A stretch of 64,000 bases of DNA from Eledone cirrhosa (GCA_964016885.1 OZ024740.1:121830001-121894000), one strand, 5' to 3'. Numbered from the stretch's first letter, positions 1 through 15,358 are shown. Translations and numbers: made by a program. Notes: generated from the sequence alone by a model not told the origin.

Positions 1-31
1 ATAAATTACATTTACTATTACTGGGATCGGT

Positions 32-693
<662 letters not shown>

Positions 694-796
694 GTGCGTG
701 TCTGTAATTTAGTAGGGCAGAAAGTGCGTAAAATGGGAAAATACTTGAAATGTATTTACCCTGAAACGTGAATGGAATTGAATAGTACAAGTTAAC

Positions 797-3010
<2,214 letters not shown>

Positions 3011-3027
3011 ATCTTCGAATGAAAAGA

Positions 3028-3110
3028 ACCTTCTGATGAGAATCTTTCTTTGCAACGAAGGCCGTATGGTCTCCGTTTATTTTTGGGATTCGAAACCGAT
3101 CGGTAAAGGT
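3028..3110 (+). ncRNA. Type I hammerhead ribozyme, canonical core
   Basis: ACCTT-CTGATGA-GAATC...GATTC-GAAA-CCGATCGG-TA-AAGGT. Stems I, II and III all pair, and the cleavage triplet is GUA (3103-3105). Confidence 0.9.
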
Positions 3111-3517
3111 AACTATAGTAGGTAAAGTCAATTTTTTTTAATTTATTTTGAAACTTTTTCATTATTTGCTAAACCTTGTTTATATATGTTCTGGCTCGTT
3201 AATTTATTAACCTGCCATTGAACCACATTGGCATTTGGTTGGACAATACATGCGTCCCTTAGCGCCTTGTGCGTGAAGGAAAACTTATCCTATTATTACT
3301 ATTATTACTATTATCCTCTATTGTTGAGAAAAAATGTGGTCGTTCCGACTGCTGCTAGTGATAGTAGCGGCCGATTTGTCCTACCTCCGCTGCCTCTATC
3401 TTTACTTCGGCCCTTGAAAAAATTGATTCCACTTGATTCACTCTCATCTCGGAACAGTTTTGGATAGCGCTAGTTCGTAATTTAAATTCAAGATTTTATA
3501 TTCATCGAATGAAAAGA

Positions 3518-3600
3518 ACCTTCCGACGAGAATCTTTCTTTGCAACGAAGGCCGTATGGTCTCCGTTTATTTTTGGGATTCGAAACCGATCGGTAAAGGT
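3518..3600 (+). ncRNA. Hammerhead ribozyme, second tandem copy (core CCGACGA, U4C)
   Basis: Same fold as 3028-3110, 490 bp downstream. Confidence 0.75.
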
Positions 3601-3668
3601 AACTATAGTAGGTAAAGTCAATTTTTTTAAAATTTATTTGAAACTTTATCATTATTTGCTAAACCTTG

Positions 3669-3720
<52 letters not shown>

Positions 3721-3951
3721 GTTGAGGCCAATCTCTCGATCGTTAATTACCTCGACGTTACCCTCAATTATTGAATGGGTTGTATTACCCGTGATATATA
3801 TGTATCTATGTATGTATATATCTATTATACATATACATATATATATGTGTGTGTGTGTTTGTGTGTGTATGTATATGCGTGTGAGAGTGTATATATATAT
3901 ATGTGTGTGTGTGTGTGTTTGTGTGTGTGTGTATATGCGTGTGAGAATGTG

Positions 3952-3982
<31 letters not shown>

Positions 3983-4214
3983 AGTGTGTGTGGTGTGTGA
4001 GTGTGTGTGTGTGATTTTGTTGATAGCCAGCGGGATGAATAATCTGTTTCAAAGTTACATTTTAACGTTGCCTAACAGCTATCAATTGTCAAGACACAAA
4101 TATCTTGCTCCCTGAAAACTATCGTGAAGTATTGTGCTTATTAAATGCTTCACTCTGTGTTATACCGTTATTGTTTCACATTATGTACATATATAGATAA
4201 TCATATATATATAT

Positions 4215-5747
4215 AAGAGAGTATTGAAGTTTGCTTGAAGCATTGTGGAACAATAAGTAAATATCTATAAGTCGTTGGAAGCCTCGACAATGCAAATGGG
4301 TAATCTCCGGGTAACAAGGTCCGGTGGTGGAGAGAGATATGTAAGTGGGTGTACGTTGAGATGCGTGGTGTGTATAAGATGCTTGAGATGTGTAGAATCG
4401 AAGGAAGAGTAAAAGGATAAAAATAATAATAACAACACAAGAGAGAGTTACCTTGGGAGAGATTTAATAGTCCCTATATATTTCGGATTCACATCCATCA
4501 ACTGGGGTTTTTTCCGGGGTGGGGGAAAAGGTTGTCTGTCGGACAAGTCCGGAAGGCGTCTTTCGCTGTTTGCTGATTTGAATATCTGTGGTATTCGGCA
4601 GAGCGCGCGTGCGCGTGAAATGGGGTCGGTCGTACAGAGGTCAGCGGCCGAATGAGAGAGTGGATGGCGCTAGCTGTCAGTCCATTCTCTGCCTGTTTGT
4701 TAGATGTTACTGTGTGTGTGTGTGCGTCTGTTGTTGTCTCGCTTGAGTGTGTGTGTGTGTGTGTGTTGTTGTTGCCTTGTTCATCTGTATTGGCAGTGTA
4801 GTATGTTCGTATGGTGGAAAGCTACAATGTGTGTGTGCGTGTGTTTGTGTGGTTGTCTCGTTTGCGTGTGTGTGTGTGTGCGTGTGTTGTGTGTTGTTGT
4901 ATCGCTTGTTAACTTAAACCAGCCATTTCATTTCGCTTCTCTCTAATCGGTTGTTTATTTGCGGTTGCAGGCGTTTGATAAAAATTGCTTCCTTGATACG
5001 TAACGTGCCGACGTTTCTTTCAGTCGCTAGAATTGCGACAATGGGCCTTCCGTCTTTGTTTCCGCATTTGTCTATGTGTTTCCGGAAAGACGAGGCCCTG
5101 GTTTTAGTGTGTTCCTTGATCCGGATGTGCAAAGGTCGAATTGTGCTACCTATGTAGTATTGGTTGCACCTGTCACATTCTTTCTTATACACGACGTATG
5201 TGCGTAAGCAACAGTTAGCATGGCGTATCGGGCAGTCTCTGAGGGAGCATGCGTCAGTAGATTTTTCGGGTTTCCTGGAGAGGCATCTTCGCAGGGAGGG
5301 GATCCGTGTGGGCCAGGTGGATGTCGAGGCCCTCCCTCCGTATAGCCTTGCGGATAGCGTTAGTGGTTTTCTCGCCCAGGTGTGGCATTTTAAGGAAGCA
5401 CTTGCCTTGGGTGCTTCTCTGTCTCTTGCGTCTGGTGTCTCTATTCAGTCTGTGATCGAGGTAGGGTACCCGTTCGTCTCCAGCACCTCGAGAATCGCTT
5501 AGTATGAGTGACACCACTCGCGGGATCGCTGCATCTGTTTTTGATTCGCGCGATCTCGTCGTGATGTATCCTCTTTTGGCACTGTTAGGGAGGGCGGACT
5601 TGTAGTGAACGAATAGGTCCCTACCTTGATCACAGGACAGAATAGGAGACATACACCCACTTACATCTCTCTCTCCACCACCGGACCTTGTTACCCGGAG
5701 ATTTACCCATTTGCATGTCGAGGCTTCCAAACGACTTATAGATATTT

Positions 5748-5752
<5 letters not shown>
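4215..5752 (-). mobile_element. Truncated Penelope/Poseidon-type PLE (thumb + GIY-YIG) with inverted terminal segment
   Basis: ORF 4914-5192 reads CDRCNQYYIGSTIRPLHIRIKEH...LRIKEAIFIKRLQPQIN (GIY-YIG). 4258-4351 is an inverted copy of 5655-5748. Both flanks are (TA)n. Confidence 0.85.
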
Positions 5753-5798
<46 letters not shown>

Positions 5799-6697
5799 TT
5801 AATGGTAGTTATGACGCTTCCATAGGCCATATGCCAGTTGAGCACTCTATGTTCTTACAGAGCATATTGAGATATAATATAAAACAAATAATCAGTGATG
5901 CATCTGGACTCAATTATGTGTGTTACAATTGATTCGCCGACAGACAGCTCAAGACACGATCATTGTATGGATCTGTCTGATTCTAGAATTGTAGGTCGGA
6001 CACTTCGTCGGACACTTCCAATAATTTCGGAAGAAATTTTCCCACTGGGGTTTTAGCTTCAAAAAACATCTTCCTCGCTTGTCCTGCTGTTGGCTGTTGT
6101 TTTTCTACATCATAAATTCTGGCCAATAAGTGCTGCCATACTGTTCATCAGCTACTCACCGTCCGACACACTTCAATAAATTCATGCTGGGTTTGGTATT
6201 TCACAAGTCACTCAGACACACATATACACACACATACACACACGTATACATAATACATACACATACACACACACGCGCACACATACATATATACATATAT
6301 ATATATATGTATATACATACGTACACATGTACATATATATATATATATGTATATACATACACACCCATATACATATATATATATATATGTATATACATAC
6401 ACACCCATATACATATACACACACACTCTCTCATATACACATACACACGCCCACGACCATATAACTAACAACATACGCGTCCCCAGGCCCCTGTCTGATG
6501 CACTCGTACATAAGCTCTCACACACACGCACACACACTCACACACACACGTACACGCATACAAGGACACACACATGCCTACGCGTACATCTACTTATATA
6601 CACAAAAACGTACAGACACATACATAGACACGCACACGCACATACACACACCTGTCCGTACAAAGAGGCACAAAGACAGATACGCTTCCAAATACAC

Positions 6698-6769
<72 letters not shown>

Positions 6770-6772
<3 letters not shown>

Positions 6773-7430
6773 GAAAAAAAAGGGGAGAGGAATACTGCGT
6801 GGTTGCACATGGATTACATATTATAAAATTAGTCCCTCATCAGTGATTTGCCAACCATCATTGGTATTTCATCGCATTAAAAATCAGATACCTCAGGTTG
6901 GTGCGAGCAATAACTAAAATAAGCTATTGGGACAAGTGACACGCGTAAAGCGAGTGAGACAAGTAAACAACAAGAAGGAAAATCAAACCGAAGGTTGGAA
7001 AAAACAGCAAGCAACATGATGGTTATCCGATCAGCATAAACCGGGTGAATTTCATGAGCGGTCAGAGAAGCAGACCGTTCGCCGTGAATGAGGTGTGAGA
7101 AAGAAGGAACCCCACTACTAGCGAACGGGAGGAAATGAGAAGGGGAGAATCAGAGAGTGAGTGAGTGGAAGTTCGAGGAAGAGGTCAGTCGAGAGAAAGT
7201 GTAACTGACATAGGGGGCGAAAGAAGGTAAGAGAAACAGAGAGAACGGGGGGCATTAAGAAAGAAAGAGAGAAACAGATAATCACAGTCTAGGTAAATAT
7301 ATATGAAAAACAAGGGGAGAGGAATACTGCGTGGTTGCACATGGATTACATATTATAAAATTAGTCCCTCATCAGTGATTTGCCAACCATCATTGGTATT
7401 TCATCGCATTAAAAATCAGATACCTCAGGA
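6770..7430. repeat. Non-coding element with ~128-bp terminal direct repeats (6770-6897 and 7302-7429)
   Basis: Near-identical direct repeats bracket a purine-rich interior, and the element sits in (TA)n. It resembles a partial-tandem pLTR. Confidence 0.7.
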
Positions 7431-7513
7431 TATATATAACAAAGGAACTGTGGTAAGGAACCAGGTGGACCATAAGGCACCAAATTACTCAATACTTAGG
7501 GTAGTATATACAA

Positions 7514-7548
<35 letters not shown>

Positions 7549-7977
7549 TATGTGTATATGTACACAGACATAAACGTACTCACCAGCAATCCTTTAGCCT
7601 GTTTTAGGTCACGTACACACACACACACACACACACAGGCACATATATATATTCAAACAAATACGCGCTCAAATACCTCTGTGCCCACGTACATTCACAA
7701 ATATACATACACTCACACACATATATCTCTGTTCGTACTCAAATGTGATATACCCACAGTTATATATATCTGCACAAAAGGTAATACAGGGTCACCCATC
7801 AAGGGATGCATCCTGTTATACATGCACGAGTATAAACAATGTAACCAAATACATATATCCACACACATACATGCAAGCGTGCATACACACATATACATAA
7901 ATAAATAAATAAGTAAATTTCAAAAAAAGAAAATTGAAAGTATATACATATGTATATGTTTATATACATATGTATAT

Positions 7978-8040
<63 letters not shown>

Positions 8041-8041
<1 letters not shown>

Positions 8042-9028
8042 TAGCAGTAAAGCCCGGCGTTGCTCGGGGTCGCTCAGTAGCTGTGTTAAAGTTACAATGT
8101 TAAGTTTCTTTTTTGGCTTAAAAACTGTAGTGTCTACTGTGCAGACTTGCATGTGGTGTTTTTGATTAATATTCCCTCAACCAACAATATGCCTTATGAA
8201 GTTAAGAAAACATAACGATAACCCGAACGTTATAACAAAAGAGGATGCTGGGGATAAAAACTGCACTGGTTATTTATTAACAAAGATCGAAAATGTAAAC
8301 ACTGCAACGCAGAGAAAAACATTAGCGTAACCAAATTATCAGTTATGTCTGTCTGCACGCCTATATCACCTCTCTGCACGACTGTCTGTCTGCACGCCTA
8401 TATCACCTCTCTGCACGACTGTCTGTCTGCACGTTTATATCACCTCTCTGCACGACTGTCTGTCTGCACGCCTATATCACCTCTCTGCACGACTGTCTGT
8501 CTGCACGCCTATATCACCTCTCTGCACGACTATCTGTCTGCACGCCTATATCACCTCTCTGCACGACTATCTGTCTGCACGCCTAACGAAATTTACAGAT
8601 ACATATATTTTAAATAAACTTATATAATTTTTGCTTTTTTTTACGAAATATTTGCTTGTTTTACGTAGTCTTTAAATATACTTGTTTTCAAGTAAAAATA
8701 TTGTTTTAAAAGGCTTGTTCGTGTATTGTGTTAATGTCATTTTAAACGCTGAGAAAGCCAGCGTAATGTTTTTAATTTTTGCACGCAGACGCTCAATGTA
8801 AACAGAACAAAGGGAAATAACTGATCACTTACGCTCAAAAATCGATACATTATATTCGATTTCGTCACATAGGGCGGGTCAATTTGAAATTGTTGTTTGT
8901 CCGATGTCTTCGCTAGGCCTCAATGTACAAGTCTAGCAATTTCGGTGCAATTCCGTGAGAGATTCTAAGAGGAGATGTGTGCCAAAAATCGATAGACAGA
9001 CAGGCAACCACAGTTTTATATATATAGA
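8041..9028 (-). mobile_element. Complete non-autonomous Helitron (~990 bp)
   Basis: The minus strand begins TCTATATATATAAAACTG at 9028. It ends with the CCCGAGCAACGCCGGG hairpin plus CTAG at 8041, and is inserted between A and T. Confidence 0.85.
8347..8585. repeat. 37-bp minisatellite, ~6.4 copies, inside the Helitron
   Basis: Unit GTCTGCACGCCTATATCACCTCTCTGCACGACTGTCT. Confidence 0.95.
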
Positions 9029-9248
9029 TATATATATATATATACACACACACATACACACACACATACATATACATATACAGACACATACATATACACA
9101 TACACACATACACACCCATATATATATATATATGTACATACACACACATACATACACATCTAACGTCATACGTTAAAATATGTATCTCGTACTAAACATG
9201 CACATATATAAACATTATAATCATATACATACATCCATACACATTCAC

Positions 9249-9347
<99 letters not shown>

Positions 9348-9470
9348 AGGAGGTGACTTTTATTGTAGCACAATAAAGCAATGCAAATATCGAATAAGTA
9401 CCACTCTACAGTTTGTAGGACTGGAGTATAAATAATATAAGATCAAAAGATGGTTAAAAGAGTTCCAAGT

Positions 9471-9539
9471 ATTTTATGAAGCGCATTTCAAAAACAAATA
9501 TCATCATGGGATGATATCTGCGTTCTCATCAGATTAAAT
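9471..9539 (-). ncRNA. Hammerhead ribozyme motif, family A (inverted copy)
   Basis: CTGATGA, long stem II, GAAA-TGCGCT-TC-ATAAAA; one stem III mismatch. Confidence 0.65.
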
Positions 9540-9651
9540 AGCGAGACATGATATGAAGCTTAAAAAACACTTGTGAGCAGTGAAGTTTGAAATCAACATA
9601 TGAAAAATAAACTAAGATGGATATATGAGATTGGGAAAAAATGTCTCCCTA

Positions 9652-9718
9652 TTTTATTTGATGAGAACGCAGATATCATCCCATGATGATATTTGTTTTT
9701 GAAATGCGCATAATAAAA
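9652..9718 (+). ncRNA. Hammerhead ribozyme motif, family A (C3U mutated)
   Basis: TTTTAT-TTGATGA...GAAA-TGCGCA-TA-ATAAAA. Confidence 0.65.
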
Positions 9719-11940
9719 TATTTGGAACTTTTTTAACCATCTTATGATCTTATATTGTTTATACTCCAGTCCTACAAACTGTAGAGTGCTACTTATCCGA
9801 TATTTGCATTGCTTTATTGTGCTACAATAAAACTCACCTCCTACAATAAGTTGCTCCTTGACTGTTTGAGCACAAACCCTCATATAGTATCCCTTTGATT
9901 GTCTCTAATTTTTCTTCTATAACATGGATTATTATAACATAACTTCAATTAAAGACATTCCTATACCCGGTAAATCTGAATCCACTAAACTTCTGATTGA
10001 AAAAACTGTTTGTTTTGTGAGAAGGATTAGATGGATCGCTTTTTTCCATGACCAGTGCCAAAAAGGAAATTTCTATACTAAGGAACATAACTATTTTGAT
10101 CAATTATTTAACGCTAGAAGAAATCCTCCTTCCAACAAAAATCTAGTACAGTTTGAGGAAGAATTATAAGAAGTCTTAAATTCAAGAGAAACCCTTATAG
10201 AGGACAGGCGCACCTTATAAATCTCAGGAATACGATTTTAAACCTTAATTCCTCTAAAAATGTCTTAGTCCACTCTGACAAAACTATTAATTTATATGGC
10301 GTATCTAAAGATAAGTATAATAACCTTATCCTTATGGAACTAAGGAAGAATTATTGTAAAACTAACCATGACAATTTGGTATCTATAAACTTGGAAGCTT
10401 CTGAGATTATGTCTAAACTTGGCATTGAGAAAAAGACCGAACCATTCTTCCCCAGAACCGAACTGCCTGTTAGACTAATCGCCCTCTCTAAATCAGATCT
10501 GGGGTTGTTAGTAAATTCATCTTCGATAGAATTATCCCACAGGTTCGTCCGAATTGCTCTATTTCTAACTTAAATTTATGGATTGGTACATCTAAAGTAA
10601 TTGGCTGGTTCAATAACCTGAATAAGAAAAACAAACACAAATTTATTCAATTTGATATTGCCAGCTACTATTCTTCTATTTCGCCTTCACTCCTCAACAA
10701 CGCTCTATCTTTCGCATTTAAATATTCTCACATTACCACAGATGAACTTTACATCATTCTCACCGCAGGACAAACTATCTTGGAATTCAACAATGAATAT
10801 TGGACTAGAGCTGATATTTCCAACAATTTTGATATCACAATGAGTGCTTCCGATTCATCGCAATTGACTGATTTGATTGGTATCTTTATTTTGAATTCTT
10901 TAAATCGGAAAGTTCCTCAACTTCACGGTGGAATTTATCGTGACGATGGCCTTTTTACTGTCTTCAACTGCAACAGAGTTAACCTAATATTATTAAGAAC
11001 AATATACGTGATCTATTTAAGCACCATAACCTTAAAATTGAATTTGATAACAACGTCAAACTAGTTAACTTCTTGGATATATCCCTTAATCTTGACACTG
11101 GCCTATATTACCCTTAACATAACAACAATGAGAATTTAAATTATGTTAATTTTAAATCTAACCACCCCATTAACGTTAAACATGCTATAGTCAGTAATAT
11201 TGGAAAAACAATCTCAAATCTATCCTCTAATAAAGATATCTTCGACGCTAATGCCAATTACTATAATAATGCGCTTTCCAAAGCCTGTTATACTGATCAA
11301 ATTAAATACAGTAAGGAAACCAATCATCGAAGATCTTATAGTAAAATAGTTAATTATGAACATTCCAATAACTTAAATAAAAGACCTAGATACACAAATA
11401 TAATTTGGTACAATGCTCCTTTTTCTCTATATATTAATAATAATATTCCTAAACTATTCTTTAGGGCCTTAAATAAATGCTTCCCTCCCTCACATATCTA
11501 TAGTAAAATCTTTAACAAACATACAATTACATTTTCTTATTCCACCACTTCCAACATCTCTAACATTATCTCTAAACACAACAATAACATATTAAATAAT
11601 AACTTACATCCTTCCAACACTGAGCGTCATAATAATAGCAACAGTAATCCCGACGTCATTGTTAACTCTAGGCTAGATTCTGTAAATTTAAATATGACGT
11701 CAAACGTAACTTCGTCGAATGTTCATAATGCCAATCAAAATCAGGAAACTATAGTTCCTATCGTAAATAACTTCTCCAATCCAATTACTTCTATAAATAA
11801 TACTAGGTCACTTGTTAATAACTCTGTTATTTTCTCTAATCGTAATTGTAATTGCCCTGTTAGAATTAAATGTCCTCTTAATAACCAATGTCTTGATAAA
11901 AACTTAGTGTATGAATGTAAGGTTATAACTGATACTAATT

Positions 11941-13646
11941 CCCACAATGCCGAGGTGACAACACCTATCGGAAAAATCTTCTTTAGGCTCATCGAAAAAC
12001 TCTTCCCACTACAACACCGCTACCACAACATAATCAACAAAAACACCATCAAACTCTCCTACAGCACCACACCTAACTTCGCACAAAACATCGTGTCCTC
12101 TAACAACAAAAAAACTCAACCCCGATGGATGAAATAACCTAGACAGCAGTGGAGAGCCGACCAGGAGGTTTAACTGTCCTGATAGATCCCTTTGCCCCCT
12201 CAACAACAGATGCCGATATCGTAATGTGATCTACCAGTGCAACGTGAGGACAGACACCTCCAACAAAGCTTATATAGGATTAACCGCTTGAGACTTCAAG
12301 ACCCGGCTCTACCTACACCGACATACTTTTCGAAACCCGGCCCCGCGTCATGCCACTTCACTTTCAGTCCAAATCTGGGACCTCAAAGATAATAATATAA
12401 CCTACAATCTCACTTGGAGCTTACTGTCCGGAGCGAACTCTTAAACGGGAGGACGCCGTCCGTGTAACCTATGCTCAGAGGAAACATTACAAATGCTTTT
12501 TTCGAAGGACCAACTCCTAAAAAGAAAGACGAACTGGTAACTGCATGCAAACACATAATGTTTAGGACTTACCTCGCCCTCAAACCCCATAATGACCCGT
12601 GGGAGGGGGTAGACAAGGGCTGAAACACCCCCACTTGCCGATTTTGTAAGTGGTTACCCCTGCTTACAAAGGTAGACGTAAATCTTTTATCTTTTCTTTC
12701 TTCCCCCCATCTCTTCCTAGTCCTTCCATCCCAGATCTCCTTCCTTGTCTCTCGTTTTCACCTTTTCGCCTACCCCGATGCAGCCCATCGGTCCTCTGTA
12801 GCCTCAGTACCCCACCCCTCTAATTTTAAGATAGAATTGGCCGATTACGCTTTTACAGAAGATGTGTTAGACACCAGTAAATTGTTTTCTTGCTTGTTGC
12901 TGCTCCATTTCTGTTATTTCTAAATTTCTTAGTGGTATTTTTGTATTAGTATCCTTGTATTAGTATTCTGAATTAATATTTCGTATTAGTATTTTTGTAG
13001 TAGTAATTTAGTATTTTTGTTTTAACCTGTCATTGTAAGATAGCATTGGGTGATTACTAACTAACTATAGCAGTGGTGTTAGACCCTCCGTAAACCCGTC
13101 TTTATAAAAGTATTTCACTACAATCTCGTATTTAGTATTTTTCTCCACCTATTAAACTTTTTCTATAGCTTAGCAATACCAATGAGAGATTTGGAGATTG
13201 TGGAAGGGGAGTAGTAACCAGAAATTGTTTTTTATATATTTATTTCCTTATTATTATAATGGTTTCGTTGTTTACTCCCTTTCGATTTACCTATTCTGTC
13301 AACTCCCCCCCCCTCCCCTCCTCCAGTACACTTTTCTCGACCTTCTATACACTATCCTTAGAATCTGGTGTATAGATTTCACATTCAACGCTTCACTGGG
13401 TTTCCCCCACGCCCTCTTTGTTCTACCGGCAACTTCAGCTACCCCTACCTCCCCCAAAATGCCATGATAGAATCATCTGTCTTTACAACAAATCTTTCAC
13501 CAATCCTTCTGACAATTACTATCTTCCCATATAAGGTATTACCCCCTGAGAAGTTCGGCTATTTATTTACCGGGCAAAACATTCTTATTTAGTCCAGATT
13601 AGCCGTCGAAACGGCTTGAGCTCTGCCGTCGGGGTCATATTGTTCC

Positions 13647-13650
<4 letters not shown>
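11941..13650 (+). mobile_element. PLE family B, 3' part (linker, GIY-YIG, 3' pLTR)
   Basis: HNAEVTTPIGKIF...IKLSYSTTPN, then NCPDRSLCPLNNRC...YIGLT..FKTRLYLH. The long 3' region ends in an HHR followed by (TA)n. Confidence 0.85.
13541..13635 (+). ncRNA. Hammerhead ribozyme, family B (core CTGAGAA, long stem II)
   Basis: ACCCC-CTGAGAA-G..CGGCTA...TAGCCG.C-GAAA-CGGC..GCCG-TC-GGGGT. Confidence 0.7.
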
Positions 13651-13726
<76 letters not shown>

Positions 13727-13831
13727 TTAGTTAAGCAAAACAAGACCACACATTTCACAAGGAAGACATTATTACAAATTGTCAACATAGTTTTCGTTTC
13801 ATGTAAGGAATGTAGAGAATAATAATAATAA

Positions 13832-14490
13832 TACTGGACGTTACGCTAGATCTTAACAATAACTTATATTAACCTTATCATGAACCAGGTGAAATACTTA
13901 CATGTATTAGCCCACACTCTAACCACCCACCGGCAGTCATCAGAGCAGTAATTAAATCTATCTCGTATAGAATCTCCATGCTATCCGCAAATGAGGAGAT
14001 ATTTATAAACCATGCGGCATACTATAATAAGGCTCATTCTGAATCTGGTTATGAACAGTCCATTTACTACATACCTAAATGCCATAACACAGCACTTCAC
14101 CACAACCATAATAAACTTAACACTAGAACTAGAAATACTTTAGCATATAGCCAGATTCGCCGGAATGTTAGCAGTAACCGCTCCTATACAGGGAACCTTA
14201 ATGGTGGCAGAGGCCTACTTCCCACTCCACGTAGCAGACTCAAAATCAACCCTAGAATAGGAATGAGAAATGGGATGACAAATAACAAATGCCCAGTTAA
14301 TAATAACCCGATGAAGGCCCCTGCCAACTCCACTAGAACCCCTAGAATGAAAAGGATTAGAAACATTAACTGGCTTAACCCCCCATTCTCATCTAACTTA
14401 GCCACTAATATCCCTAACGCTTCTTCTCTATCTTATCTAACCCCTCCCCAACCATAGATATTACAAACTCTTTAATAAAAACAAAATTAA
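13832..14490 (+). mobile_element. PLE RT C-terminal fragment
   Basis: LDVTLDL..., HSNHPP, LSANEEIF, NINWLNPPFS. Confidence 0.8.
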
Positions 14491-14620
14491 AAGGACTTCT
14501 GGTAAGGAACAAGATGGACCATAACGCACCAGAGTAGTCAATACTTAGGGCAGTAGAGTGGCTAATAGGAAAAAGTATGAACCCGACGGCAGATCTCAGG
14601 CCGTTTCGACGGCTATTTCT
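14491..14620 (-). mobile_element. Family B pLTR terminus with the 3' half of the HHR
   Basis: Homologous to 31355-31485. Confidence 0.7.
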
Positions 14621-14624
14621 ATGT

Positions 14625-14930
14625 ATCGTGTGTAAATAACATTATTCTTTCTGCACCATTTCTTTAACATGTCCAACACCAACATTCTACACCTATACAT
14701 ATTATTATCATTTCATAATGCATAAAAATAGTGAAACCAGTAATATACAATTATTAAATATATAAATAAATAAATGGCATTGTTAATTAATAAATCAACT
14801 AATACCTTAACACTTCACACAAAGTAAAATATTTCGTTTTAAACATTTTCTAGCCCAGCAAAAAAAGAGAGAAAATAATAAAAAGGGAACAAATTTTTGT
14901 TCTTCCTAATAACCGTCATTTTCTTCCTGT

Positions 14931-14935
<5 letters not shown>
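14625..14935. repeat. Dispersed AT-rich repeat; inverted homolog at ~32820-33135
   Basis: Shared blocks such as CACTTCACACAAAGTAAAA and TTTAAACATTTTCTA. Confidence 0.65.
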
Positions 14936-14988
<53 letters not shown>

Positions 14989-15039
14989 ATTAAGCCAAAT
15001 ATGTAAAGTTTGGCTTCGTTTATTATAAATTATAGATAT

Positions 15040-15094
15040 ACTGCTATATATATTTCGGTGACAGCCATCATTGGCTGTGACCTCTTCAGGCAGT
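15040..15094 (-). ncRNA. Intact minimal type I hammerhead ribozyme
   Basis: Reverse complement: ACTGC-CTGAAGA-GGTCACAGCCA ATGA TGGCTGTCACC-GAAA-TATATA-TA-GCAGT. Confidence 0.9.
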
Positions 15095-15327
15095 CCGAAT
15101 TGGAGTGGGAAAGACAGGTGCACATTTCGTTGAAGAGTGTGTTTTACTCCATCAATACATCGATATGTCCAGCTCCTGGTTATATTGTTATTTCTCTGAG
15201 TAACTGTAATCATATGTTGGTAAGCAACCAACATGTACTCAATATATATATCTATATATATAGATATATAACGAAGGAAATGTTGTAATGAACCAGATGG
15301 ACCATAACGCACCAAAGTACTCGTACC

Positions 15328-15358
<31 letters not shown>

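Larger units (their letters stand above)
3012..3670 (+). mobile_element. Non-coding HHR-bearing tandem repeat (490-bp period, ~1.35 units); retrozyme/PLE pLTR-like
   Basis: 3016-3180 is repeated almost exactly at 3506-3670. Each repeat holds a hammerhead motif, and the element ends in (TA)n. Confidence 0.8.
9346..11942 (+). mobile_element. PLE family A, 5' part (inverted pLTR pair + decayed RT ORF)
   Basis: 9346-9550 is inverted relative to 9643-9846. ORF fragments: SIKDIPIP...RRIRWIAFF, FDITMSASDSSQLTDLIG, GGIYRDDGL and CNCPVRIKCPLNNQC. Confidence 0.88.

Noticed and set aside
4468-4508. Reverse complement CCC-CAGTTGAT-GGAT GTGA ATCC-GAAA-TATA-TA-GGG
   Set aside because: It is HHR-shaped and in the expected pLTR position, but has two core substitutions; relic only.
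6830-6900. CTGATGA and GAAA boxes on the minus strand of the 128-bp direct repeat
   Set aside because: I could not assemble consistent stems with a valid NUH site.
8347-8585. 37-bp repeat array resembling a CRISPR repeat length
   Set aside because: It has no unique spacers and no cas genes, and the context is eukaryotic; it is a head-to-tail minisatellite.
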